Shown in pieces: positions 39,903 to 49,700 of a DNA stretch of 64,000 nucleotides. Where the stretch lies: the NCBI GenBank assembly GCA_963716255.1, contig OY970303.1:5088001-5152000 (forward strand), written 5' to 3'. Each line of letters starts with the position of its first letter. Position 1 is the stretch's first letter. The notes beneath the pieces were generated by a model that saw only the letters and a list, made by a program, of their open reading frames with translations, was not told the DNA's origin and searched no databases. The position numbers and the translations under genes are program-made. Source of the DNA: an uncultured Gemmatimonadales bacterium. Lineage in GTDB: Bacteria > Gemmatimonadota > Gemmatimonadetes > Longimicrobiales > Longimicrobiaceae.

Positions 39903-40274
39903 CTACGAGCGGGGGGCACGGAGCTGCGGAGGCGGTTCGCCAGCGGCGGCGGCGGGATCCCGGGAGGCGACTTCCGCCTGCAGGTATTCCTGGACGTCTT
40001 CGATCGTCCGGGCGATCCGCCCACGCGTGACCTGGTTTCGCTCGGCGGCGTTGGCGAGGTTCCAGCCGCCGCGGGCGTGGACGCGGGCGGCCACGTAGAC
40101 GCCGGGGGCCCGGCCGACCAGCATCGAGCTGCCGATCTCGCTGACTTCCAGGCCCAGGGCCTCCATGGCGGCCCTGAGCTCCCCGGACGCGATACCCCGC
40201 CGGCGGGACGGGCGGAGAGCGGGCGCGCGCGGAGGGGAGGCGCGCCCCGCGGAGGGTGCGTCCGTGCGTTTCAT
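39903..40274 (-). CDS. Hypothetical protein
   Basis: 123-aa ORF in the co-oriented gene run. Confidence 0.5.
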   Translation of the reverse strand: MKRTDAPSAGRASPPRAPALRPSRRRGIASGELRAAMEALGLEVSEIGSSMLVGRAPGVYVAARVHARGGWNLANAAERNQVTRGRIARTIEDVQEYLQAEVASRDPAAAAGEPPPQLRAPRS

Positions 40275-40302
40275 CTGCGATGTCGTGGAGCGGGGTGAGT
40301 GC

Positions 40303-40842
40303 TCAGGCGGCGGGGAACAGCTCGGTCTGCACGGGGCCGGCGACGGCGTGGGAGTGGCCGGCCTCGTCGGGGTAGCGCTGCAGGAGGCTGCGCAGCAGGG
40401 CGCGCTCCGCGGCCTCGGTCTTCTCGGACAGGGCGGCCGCCAGCCGGGCGCGGACCCCCTGGGTGCGGAGCCAATCCTGGAGGACGACCTCGACGTCGAC
40501 GAAGGTGTGGTCGGGCTTGCCCACGGGCTCGTGGCCGAGGACCCGGTCCACGAAGGCGAGCCGGTCCGCGGGCGTGGAGAACCAGTGGGCGTAGAACCCG
40601 GCGCGGTCGTACTGGCGGGTCAGCCCGAAGGCGTTGCCGCTCAGGCGCTCGTAGAACCACGACGGGAACTGCGACTCAGCAAAGCCGGCGGCTACGAACC
40701 GGGTGAAGTGGGAAGCGAAGCGAGCCTTCGAGGCAGGGTCGTGGAACCGCGTGCCGGTGAAAGACCCGGGCGAGAAGGGGGTGGCCTGCGCGAGCGGAGG
40801 CGTGGCCGCAGAGCCCCCGCGGGTCTGCCTCGACGGTGCCAT
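40303..40842 (-). CDS. Hypothetical protein of a type recalled from plasmids and phages
   Basis: KARFASHFTRFVAAGF...FYERLS..FG...YDRAGFYAHWF...DVEVVLQDW. Confidence 0.7.
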   Translation of the reverse strand: MAPSRQTRGGSAATPPLAQATPFSPGSFTGTRFHDPASKARFASHFTRFVAAGFAESQFPSWFYERLSGNAFGLTRQYDRAGFYAHWFSTPADRLAFVDRVLGHEPVGKPDHTFVDVEVVLQDWLRTQGVRARLAAALSEKTEAAERALLRSLLQRYPDEAGHSHAVAGPVQTELFPAA

Positions 40843-41135
40843 GGGGGGAAGGGCAGGGGGGACACGGTGGAGACCCGCACGGAGTACCGGCGGGGAGAGT
40901 CACGCGCGCGTCGTTTTCTTGGGCAAGGAGGAGCGGGCGGGAGGAGGACCGGAGGAGATACGGACGACGATGCAGCCGGAGGAGGCGTGGGCGAGAGGGA
41001 CATGGCAGGACTGCCAACGGCTCCGGATCACCGGGATCGGCTGGCCAGCCACAGCACATCGCGGCCGCCCCCGAGATCGAGGAGTCTCTTCGACGTGTCC
41101 TGGCTCTGGCGAGCGGGTGGTTGGGGTGCCCCGCT

Positions 41136-42560
41136 CTAGCATGGGCGCGCGGGGTCCACGTCCCGCCCCCCCGGCTGCCCAAGGTCGAGCGACCCGCGGC
41201 GCGGGTACTCGGGACGGCGCAGCGCCTGGGGCGGGCGAGGCCAGTTGTAGCCGATCCCGCGCGGCCAGCGGGTGGCTTCGGAGTACCACGCAGCCTCTGC
41301 CTGAAGGATCTCCGAGCGAAGGTAGCGGCAGCGGCGCGCCAGCTCCAGGACGTAGTAGGGACGGTTGGCGAGGAAGGTGGCGAAGCGGTGCTTCGGGGGC
41401 ATCGGCCGGGCCACGTATCCCGATGTGTCGGCCTGGAGATCCCAGTGGACGGACCCGGGCAGCTGGCGCGACCACGCGGCCGCGAGGCGGCGCCAGGCGT
41501 CCGCCAGCGCGCGCTCGCGGGCGGCAGGGGACAGGCCGTCGGGGACGCCGAGACGGATCGCGTCGAGTGGGATCGCGGCGAGCGTCGCCGCCGTGTCCGC
41601 GTGCCGAGCGACAGCCACGCCGACGCCGCCTTCCCACGCGGCGCGCAGCACCTGGTGGACGTGGCCCCCGCCGGCGCCCTGCAGCTTCGCGAGGGAGCGG
41701 CGGGTGATGGACTCTCCGGAGCGGCGGCCGACCCAGACGGTCTCCGCGCGCGTCGTGCCGAGGTACCAGGCGCCCGTGGCGGCGTAGGGCGAACCGACAC
41801 CGCCCCCGGCCGTCTCCGCGAAGCTGCGTACGACGCGGACGAACGACGCTCCGCGCGCGAGAAGGCGCGCCTCGCCTGCGGGGAGGGGCAGGCCCAGCTC
41901 CGCCATGCGGATCGCCCGCCAGAGGGCGCGGTTCTCGTCCAGGAAGGTTCGCAGGCACGCGGCGTACAGGAACGACTCCGCCCCGGTGCCCAGCGGGATC
42001 CCGGAGGGAGTCTCCTCGGCGATGCAGAGGCGCACACAGTCGAGCAGCTCCCGGAACGTGTAGGTGACCTGCGCCCGGGCCTGGGCCGCAAGGCCGTGGT
42101 CTCCGGGTGCCTGGACCTGCATTCCCTCGGCGGTCCTGAGGTTCGACGGGGGGGCGAAGTTGGCGGCGCCGACGAGGTGACCCTCGGGGTCGTAGAGGCC
42201 GTAGGCCCGGCCGTTCATCCCTCGCCCCCTCAGGGTCCGGTGCGTCCTGGTGAAGAAATCGTCGAGGACCCGCGCCGCCCCTGGGCCGGCGACGGGCCGC
42301 ACGATGAAGCCGCGCGAGCGGAACGGGCTTCCCTCGCGCTCGTCGGTGGCCGTGATCGCCCGGGCGGCGTCCGCCCAGAGATCGAGCTGAGCGGCAGGTG
42401 CGGTCCAGAGCGCCGGCGCAGCCCCTGCCCACGCCGAGGAGTGCGCTGGGTCGTACCCTGCGACGAGGATCTCGTCGAGGAGGGTGGCCTCCGCCGGAGC
42501 GGGGTGCGCGGCCGGCGGGGCGGTGCCGGGCGCCGCGGCTGAGTCGAGGCGGAGAAGCAT
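41136..42560 (-). CDS. Mom-like (GNAT-fold) putative DNA modification protein
   Basis: Ordered motifs AYGLYD.EGHLVGAANF, VRLCI, AESFLYAACLR, VVRSFAE...VGSPYAATGAWYLG, PKHRF. Confidence 0.6.
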   Translation of the reverse strand: MLLRLDSAAAPGTAPPAAHPAPAEATLLDEILVAGYDPAHSSAWAGAAPALWTAPAAQLDLWADAARAITATDEREGSPFRSRGFIVRPVAGPGAARVLDDFFTRTHRTLRGRGMNGRAYGLYDPEGHLVGAANFAPPSNLRTAEGMQVQAPGDHGLAAQARAQVTYTFRELLDCVRLCIAEETPSGIPLGTGAESFLYAACLRTFLDENRALWRAIRMAELGLPLPAGEARLLARGASFVRVVRSFAETAGGGVGSPYAATGAWYLGTTRAETVWVGRRSGESITRRSLAKLQGAGGGHVHQVLRAAWEGGVGVAVARHADTAATLAAIPLDAIRLGVPDGLSPAARERALADAWRRLAAAWSRQLPGSVHWDLQADTSGYVARPMPPKHRFATFLANRPYYVLELARRCRYLRSEILQAEAAWYSEATRWPRGIGYNWPRPPQALRRPEYPRRGSLDLGQPGGRDVDPARPC

Positions 42561-42566
42561 CGGTGG

Positions 42567-43106
42567 TCAGGCGGCAGCGAGCTGGGGCGTGAAGTCGACC
42601 CCGCTCTCTCCCCGGGCGATGGTTCCGAGCACGCGGGTGGAGCGGACCAGCCGCACCTCCACGGTCGGATCGGACGGGTCCGAGCGGCGCTCGAACGCGA
42701 GCTCGTCCAGGGGAACGCCCGTCCTCTCGCTGGCGAGCCGGCGGATCCGCGCGGTGAGGCGGATGGGCGCCGGCCGGGCGGCGCGCTCCAGCTCAAGGAT
42801 GCGGGCGACGAGCATCCCGGTGAGGAACCCGACCAGGCGGAGGAGCGTGGGCTCGCCCTTCGACAGGCGGCAGGCGAGCTCGTGCTTGCAGCGGATCACG
42901 GTCCGGGGCGGGTCGTGGCGCCAAGCCAAGTCGCCGCAGTCGCAGGTGTGGTCCGGGTCGCGCAGGTTGACGTAGTGCGGCTCGGCGTGCCCGGAGACAC
43001 GGAACCGGCCGCCGCCGAGGGGTTCGACACGAAGCTCCAGGGCCCGCTGCAGGCGGGCGAGGTCGACGCCGTCCACGCGGACGCCGCGGAAGACTCGATT
43101 CGGCAT
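42567..43106 (-). CDS. SWIM zinc-finger protein
   Basis: HYVNL...TCDCGD...CKHELA (CxC...CxH). Confidence 0.8.
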   Translation of the reverse strand: MPNRVFRGVRVDGVDLARLQRALELRVEPLGGGRFRVSGHAEPHYVNLRDPDHTCDCGDLAWRHDPPRTVIRCKHELACRLSKGEPTLLRLVGFLTGMLVARILELERAARPAPIRLTARIRRLASERTGVPLDELAFERRSDPSDPTVEVRLVRSTRVLGTIARGESGVDFTPQLAAA

Positions 43107-43240
43107 GGGTCGGTGGTCGACGTGCTCGGCTCGGGCGCCGGCGCGTGGCGGTGGCCCGGTAGTGCAAAGCACCGGAGCGCGTGCGGGGGGCCGCGCTCCG
43201 GGGAGGAGGGCAGGCTCGTGGCGAACGGGAGGGGCGCGGG

Positions 43241-43597
43241 TCAGGCGCGCGCCCGGGGAGCTCGGCCGGGGTGGGGGAGCGCCTCGGGGGAGCCCGCGGC
43301 GGGGTCGGCGAGCCGCGAGGGGACGGTCTTCATCCTGGGGTGCATCCGGACAGGGACGACGGCGACGGTCTGTCCGGCGGCTTCGCGGTCTCCGCGCCAG
43401 CCGTGTTCCCCGGCTCCGAGGCGGCGCATCCACTCCTCGGCGCCACGCCGAGTCGCCCAGGTCTTTGCGTCCTCCACGTGGGTGCTCAGCTCGCCCTCCA
43501 TGTGGATGCCGACGGCCCGGGTGACGTAGCGGGGGCGGTTGGCTTCGGTGTCGTTCAGGAGGACCTGGATGGCATGGCGGACGATGTCCTCTGGCAA
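43241..43597 (-). CDS. Hypothetical protein
   Basis: Coding-like segment LPEDIVRHAIQVLLND...AKTWATRRGAEEW; start uncertain. Confidence 0.5.
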   Translation of the reverse strand: MPEDIVRHAIQVLLNDTEANRPRYVTRAVGIHMEGELSTHVEDAKTWATRRGAEEWMRRLGAGEHGWRGDREAAGQTVAVVPVRMHPRMKTVPSRLADPAAGSPEALPHPGRAPRARA

Positions 43598-43644
43598 GGC
43601 TGGCTCTCTCGTGGTGTAGGGGTGGCGGGGACGAGCCGCGGCGG

Positions 43645-44256
43645 TCAGCCGGTGCAGGTGGCGATCTCGACGAACCGGGCGGCTTCCTCGCCCGTGAAGC
43701 CGAGCCGGGCGGCCATCTCCTCCGCGCCGCTCTCCGGGGTCAAGGCCTCGCCGAAGAAGCGCTGCGCGAAGTAGCGCCGCCCCGGTCCCGCCCCGAAGCT
43801 CCAGTGCCAGGTGGGGAAGTCCGCGCCCTCCGCGAAGATGAACCCGCCGCGCCCCATCCAGCGGGGCGGCAGCGCCTCCAGGAAGTAGTCGTGTACCCAC
43901 CGCGGGACCTCGATCTCCAGGCCCGAGCCGATGGCGTCCATCAGGTCCTCCCACTCGTCGCCCGTGTATCCCTCCTCGGGCATGGCCGAGAAGTCCCGGC
44001 GGACCGGCACCGGCCGGAGGATCGGGTGCGGCGGGACCTCGCGCGTGACGTTCGCCGCGAGCCGGACCGGCTTCTTCTCCTGGGACGCGCCGCCGAAGTC
44101 GGCGAGGAACCACTCCCCCGCGCGCGGGCTGCGCACTTCCCCCGTCTCCTCGAACCAGAGGCGGGTGAGCGGGTGGCGGTGGCGGGCCGGGGCGGGCGTG
44201 GGGGAGGCGGCGGGCGTCTCCGGGGCGGCGGCGGTCAGCATGGCGGACTGGCCCAT
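43645..44256 (-). CDS. Hypothetical protein, DUF1419-like C-terminus
   Basis: HDYFLEALPPRWMGRGGFIFAE; GGAG RBS. Confidence 0.55.
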   Translation of the reverse strand: MGQSAMLTAAAPETPAASPTPAPARHRHPLTRLWFEETGEVRSPRAGEWFLADFGGASQEKKPVRLAANVTREVPPHPILRPVPVRRDFSAMPEEGYTGDEWEDLMDAIGSGLEIEVPRWVHDYFLEALPPRWMGRGGFIFAEGADFPTWHWSFGAGPGRRYFAQRFFGEALTPESGAEEMAARLGFTGEEAARFVEIATCTG

Positions 44257-44548
44257 GGCGGTGTTCTCCCGCTCAGGTTGAGAGGGCCGGGCGGAGCGCC
44301 CGGCCAGGGGATCACGCGGCCCCGTGGGCGGCGCGCAGGTCGTGCGGCGCGGAGCTGAGGCAGTCGGGGCGTCCTCCCGGACGGGCCCCTCCTGCCGGCG
44401 GTCCTCCATCCGCATGGACGCGATCCGCACGGTGCCGCGGTCAACGCCGGTGGCCGGATCGACCGGAAGCAGCTCCAGGAGCGGGAGGAGCGAGCCGGGG
44501 TACGAGCGTGCACCCCGGGTCGTCCCCCGAAAGGCGAGCAGGCCGGTG

Positions 44549-44845
44549 TCACGACTCCGGGGCGTGCGGCGGCGCGGAGAGGAGCGGCCCGAATCCGAGC
44601 TGGTTGACGTGGACGTCGAGGAGCGCCAGGAGCGCGGCCCTGAGACGTGCTTCCGTGGCCCACTCCCCGGTGTTCTCGATGCCTGCATCTCCCCGGGTGG
44701 CCCGGACGCGCTCGGTGGCTCGGGACGCCACCAGGAGCTCGTCGAGCCGGGCCGTGATCCGGTCGAGGGGCGCGGAGGGCGCCGCCGTAGGGGTGGGCGC
44801 CGGCGCGGGGGCGGGCGGGGACGGTGGGTCGCGGCGTGCGATCAT
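44549..44845 (-). CDS. Hypothetical protein
   Basis: 98 aa, ATGA-coupled to the upstream ORF. Confidence 0.55.
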   Translation of the reverse strand: MIARRDPPSPPAPAPAPTPTAAPSAPLDRITARLDELLVASRATERVRATRGDAGIENTGEWATEARLRAALLALLDVHVNQLGFGPLLSAPPHAPES

Positions 44846-45315
44846 GCGTCGATGGCGGATAGTTCCAGGTGAGCACGGGCGAGGGTCAGCATCTCCTCCG
44901 CCCGTGCATGAAGTCGTGTCTCGCCGCCGTGCTCGGCATCCTCCGCGAGGGCGGTGGCGAGCGCGCGAAGGCGGAAGGCGATCCGGCCGGGCCGCGCGTC
45001 CGGGTCGGTGCCGAAAGCGAGGTCGATCCCCACGGCCTCGATGCAGCCGATGGCCCGGTGGATCGGGGCCTCGCGCCGAGGCGACCCGTCCGGGAGGGGC
45101 GCACCGAGCAGGTCGAGCGCGCGGCGCAGCGCGGCGGTGCTGCTGTAGCGGAAAGGGTGGGGCAGCGCGCCCGGCAGAGCCGCGTCCAGGCACGACCGCG
45201 AGCAGTGCCACCGACCGCTCGCGGGATCCGCGTGACCGGGCGTGCCGGGCGTCGCTTCCGCCCCGCAGAACGCGCAGCGCGTACCGGGAGGGGGGGAGCT
45301 GGAAGCCGGGTGCAT
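44842..45315 (-). CDS. Hypothetical protein with N-terminal CxxC...CxxxC
   Basis: RCAFCG...WHCSRSC. Confidence 0.6.
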   Translation of the reverse strand: MHPASSSPPPGTRCAFCGAEATPGTPGHADPASGRWHCSRSCLDAALPGALPHPFRYSSTAALRRALDLLGAPLPDGSPRREAPIHRAIGCIEAVGIDLAFGTDPDARPGRIAFRLRALATALAEDAEHGGETRLHARAEEMLTLARAHLELSAIDA

Positions 45316-45747
45316 CGGTGCCGGTTCGGGGAGAGGGACGAGAAAGCGGCCCGGGTCGACAGAACCCGAGCCGCTTCCCTTCGTTTTCTGTGGCGGGGGA
45401 GGTCAGGAGCGGCAGGCGGAGGGGGAGGGGGAGGGGGGCTGGACGGTCGAGGCTGGCGAGGGCGTGGGCTCGACGTTCACGCTGACCCTGTCCAGGGGCC
45501 GTACACCGGGCGGACCCCCGGCGCGCCCTGACGACTAACCTATAGCAGCGCGAGAAATCAGTTGATCCGCCTGTACCGGTAAGTGGCGCTCTCAGACGAT
45601 CCCGAAAACAGTTTTTCAGCTCAGGCCGAGTTCCTCTGCCGCAGCCCTCCCATCGTCGATCAGGTCGAGGATGGTGTAGGTGCTCACCTTCGGCAGCCCG
45701 TCCTGCGCGCGGCACCGGGCCCGCTGCAGGCGAGCCCGGCTGCACCG

Positions 45748-46617
45748 TCAGGCGGCGAAGCGGAAGAAGCCGGGGGAGGCGCCGGTCCGCCCTGTGATCA
45801 CGTCGACCTGGATCCCCCGGACCGGAGCGAGGGGCTCCATCCCCTCGTACATGGCGCTGCACACCGCGGGGTCCGCGAGATCGCGGATCATCAGTGCGAT
45901 CAGCCCGTCGTTGGCGAACTGCATCCAGAGCGCGGCGGCGGCGTCCGGGAACTCGGCGTGCTCCGCGATCAGGAGCACCAGGTCCATCGCTTCCACCACT
46001 TCCGGCAGCGACGCGAAGTGAGGGATCCAGCGGTCCAGGCACTCGGCTGCGAGCGCGCGCGCCTCGTACGGCCAGGGCGCGGGGGCCCGCTCCTCGTAGA
46101 AGCGGACCGCCTCCTCCAGGAAGACGCGGGGGGCCGACGCGAGGCGACGCGTCCAGGCCTGGACCGCGTGGAGGTTGCGGATGGCGATCTCGGCGGCGCG
46201 TGCGGCCTGGTCCGCGCCGTCACGCCCGGCGCACCCGGAGAGGCCGTACCACTGCACGTAGGTCGCGTAGAGGAGGTCGGCCAGCGGGGCGGACGGAGCG
46301 GTGGTGGTGGGACAGGCGGGCTCGTCGCAGCTGCAGCGGAAGAGCCCGAGCGGCTCCCCCAGCGCGAGCAGGGCGGCGCGGAGGTCCCGGTGGTCCTCGG
46401 GCTCGTCGGCAGCCGGCGTCCGGAGCTTGCGGGCGGCCTCCGCCACCTCCTGGAGGAGCAGGTGGAGCGGGAAGCGCTCCGGTGCGTGGTAGATGCACTC
46501 GGGATCGGTGCAGGGGCAGACGACGCGCGCGAACGCGTCCAGGCGCCCACCGAGCGCGAGGAGGAAGTGCCGCGCCTGGCGCACGGGATGGTCGAGCTGG
46601 GCGTGGGTCGGGGACAT
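45748..46617 (-). CDS. Hypothetical protein with two CxCxxPxC motifs
   Basis: VCPCTDPEC and RCSCDEPAC; 289-aa ORF. Confidence 0.7.
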   Translation of the reverse strand: MSPTHAQLDHPVRQARHFLLALGGRLDAFARVVCPCTDPECIYHAPERFPLHLLLQEVAEAARKLRTPAADEPEDHRDLRAALLALGEPLGLFRCSCDEPACPTTTAPSAPLADLLYATYVQWYGLSGCAGRDGADQAARAAEIAIRNLHAVQAWTRRLASAPRVFLEEAVRFYEERAPAPWPYEARALAAECLDRWIPHFASLPEVVEAMDLVLLIAEHAEFPDAAAALWMQFANDGLIALMIRDLADPAVCSAMYEGMEPLAPVRGIQVDVITGRTGASPGFFRFAA

Positions 46618-46688
46618 CGTAGCTGGGTCGAAGATGTGGACGTCGTGCCGGGGCTGTGCCCCGCGCGTGCGACAGGGGCGAGGTGACG

Positions 46689-46717
46689 AGGGGCGCGGAG
46701 CCGGGCTCCGCGCCCCT
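46689..46717. terminator. GC-rich hairpin just downstream of the 1356-aa gene
   Basis: AGGGGCGCGGAGC-cgg-GCTCCGCGCCCCT, 13-bp perfect stem, no U tract. Confidence 0.45.
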
Positions 46718-46722
46718 GCCGC

Positions 46723-49700
46723 TCAGAGGTCCAGGCCCGGGGTGGCCCGCTTCTGGGCACGATGCTGGCCGCTGTGTTCGACCAGGCTCGCGCGGGGCTG
46801 GCGACCCACGGCGGAGACGCCGAGCGCCTGCCCCCCGGAGAGACGGTCCATCGCGCGGGCAAGCTGGGGACGGACGCTCCGTACCCGGGTCTGCTCGGCA
46901 GGCGAAAGGGTCGACCACGAGGCGTGGGTGCGTTTCAGCGCCGGGTCGTGATCCCAGTTGGAGAGACGGGGCTCGATCCTGGCGAGTCGCTGCTCGATCC
47001 CGCGGATCTCCGCGCCGAGGGCGTTGCGGACCATGGAGCGCGTCGCGGGCTCTGGAAGCCCGAGCTCGGCCGCGGTCGTGCGGATCCGGTCCTGGAAAGC
47101 GAGAGCGGCTTCGACGTAGTGCCGTCCGTGGTTCGCGACGGCGCGCGCGTGGGCGCGCGCCTGCGCCGGATCCGGGGCGAGGCGTCCGGCGTCGCCGACC
47201 TTGGGGTGCCCGCGGAGATCGTCCGGGCGGGTTGCCAGGACGTCGAGGACCTGGTGCTTTTCGCCTGCGCCGAGAGCCCGGAACGCGTCCTGGAAGGCCT
47301 TCGGATCGGCGAGCACCACGGGGAGCTGTTGCCGGAACTCCGCGGCGGTGGCGAGGAGGCGGTCATACGCGCGGTCGAGGGACGCCAGGACCTCGCCGCG
47401 GGCCCGGCGATCCGTCGACAGGGCATCACGCTGCGCGGTGAGGCGGAGCTGAGACTCCAGCTCCGCGCTGCCCGGGAGGAGGGCATGGACCCGGTTCTCC
47501 GTGATCGCCTGGAGCGCCCAGCGAAACTGCGAGGGGGTCACGTCGCCAGGGAGGCCCGCGTCCCGGATCGCGGCGCGTCTCTGGAGCCGGAACGCCGCCT
47601 GCTCCGCGACGTAGAGGTTGCCCAGGCGGGCGGCCTCCGGGCCGTGCCGCAGCGCCGCGGCGGCCTCGGCGCCGGGGAGGCCCGCCCACCGCGGGTCGAC
47701 GGAGCTGGGAGCGAGCCGGCCGGCGGCGCCGATCCTGTCCGGGAGGGTGGACGGATCGACCTCCAGCGCGCGGAGCACCTCCCGCTTCTCCCGCAGGGGG
47801 AGGCGCCCGAAGGCGCGGACGAACGCATCGGGGTCCGCGACGATGGCGGAGACGGCGCCCCGGAAGGCTGTACGGGCTGCGTCGGCGTCGTACGAGGAGG
47901 GGATGAGGTCGTCGGCGACCCGCGGGCGGGCGTCCGGCGAGGCCCGGTACACGCGGGCGATCGGGGCCGGCGCGCCGCGGTCGCCGGGCGAGCGCATCAG
48001 GGTGCCCGCCGCGCGGAGGTGGCGCCGGAAGTCTCTCCCGGCGCGCAGGTAGTCCCGGCCTGCGCGCGCCGCCTCGCGAGCTTCCGCGTGGGCGGCGGCC
48101 GTGTCGGCGCCGGGGATCGCGCCGCGAGGCCCGTCGACCTGCCGTGCGACCAGGCGGCCGGCGCTGCCGAGCCATGCCTCCAGCTTGCCGGGCTGCGTGG
48201 CGAGGGTGTCCAGGGCTTCCCGCTTGCTCGCCGGGGAGTCCGACTTGGCGCGCCCGGGAGGGGTCCTCTCGGGGAGCTGGTGGAAGGCGCGCACGAACCG
48301 GCCGGGGTCCGCGACGACGGAGCGCAGCCGGTCCCTGAACTCGGTCCTGGCGACCCGGAAGGCGGCGCGCGTGTCGGCGATCTCCTCGACCGCCTCCTGC
48401 CGGCGCCGGGCGGTGGCGACGCTGCCCGGGGTGGGCGGGAGCAGCGGACCCTGCAGGGTGGCGGACTCCAGGCGGTAGGTCTCGATCGCCCGGGTTGCAG
48501 CCGCGGGGGGCAGGGGGCCGCCGAAGTCGCGCCAGTTGGAGCGCTCCGCCGCGCGGAGTGCCGCCTGCGCGTCCAGGCGGAGGTGGATCGGGGTCTCCGG
48601 CGTGATGTCGCCGATCTCGCGGCCGGGGTTGGGGGGGAACCGCGCATTGAAGGTGCGCGGGTCCACTTCCGCCAGGCGGGAAGCGACACGCTCGAACGCC
48701 GACCTCGCGACGCCGACACGGTCGAGCCACTGGAGCACCCTGTCCTGCTCACCGTTGCGAAGCCCCCAGGCCACGCGTTCCGCGTCCGCCGCCAGGCCCG
48801 GCACTCCCAGACCGTTCAGCCACTCGGACACGCGGGCGGTGTGCTGGGTGGCGAGCCACTGGTTGACGCGGGCGGTGTGCCTGTCCAGGAACGGGTGCGC
48901 TTCGAAGGGTCCGACCGCTTCGTCGACCCCGGTGTGCCCGGTGTAGCCGGGGACCGGGACCCGCGTGGGAGCGGTGACCTCCGCCAGGGGACCCGCCCGG
49001 AGGTGCCGGGGCTCCCAGCGCTCCTCGATCGCCGCGACCCGGGCACGCCGTTCTTCCTCACCGAGCCTGGGATTCTGCAGGACCTTCCCGATCTGCCGTT
49101 CCCGGGTGAACGCGCGGCGTGCCTCCCACTGACGATCCTCGTGCAGTGCTTCAGTCCAGTCCCGCGAGATAGCGGCGGCCCGGGCAGCGTCGTACAGGTC
49201 CGGAGTCACGAGGGCACGGAGCTCGTCCCGGACGCCGGGATCCATGAGGGCGCGCAGCCGCGCGCCGGCGAGGTGCGCCTCGAGGGCTGCGATCCGCTGC
49301 GCCGCCTGCTCGCCGGGGGTGCCGTCGCCGAGCGACGCGCGGAGCGTGGACAGCTCCCCGGAGGCGACCGGATCCACCAGGGCGTCGAGACGGGCCCTGG
49401 CCTCGTCGCCGGTCTCCCGGGCCGGCACCATGTGCATGGCGTGCCTGGTCAGGACCTGCCCGTCCGGGCCGCGGGTGAAGAGCGGGTCCCCGATGCCGCG
49501 CGTGTGGCGCCGGCTCTGGGTGACTCCGACCGCGAAGCCGCTGATGCGGGGGACGTCCGGGTACTCGCCGCGCAGCGGGATCAGCTCCTCGTCGGGGCGA
49601 ACCGTCGACGCAGCCCGGATCCGCGGCCGTCCATCCTCGGTGGCGGACAGCGTGCGCCGGGTGGCGACGTCGGACTGGGGGTAGATCGCGAAGCCACCCC

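Noticed and set aside
45430..45630. Short kinase-tail-like peptide (TVEAGEGVGSTFTLTL) followed by an AT-richer patch with IS-end-like words
   Set aside because: Too short; no convincing TIR pair or target duplication
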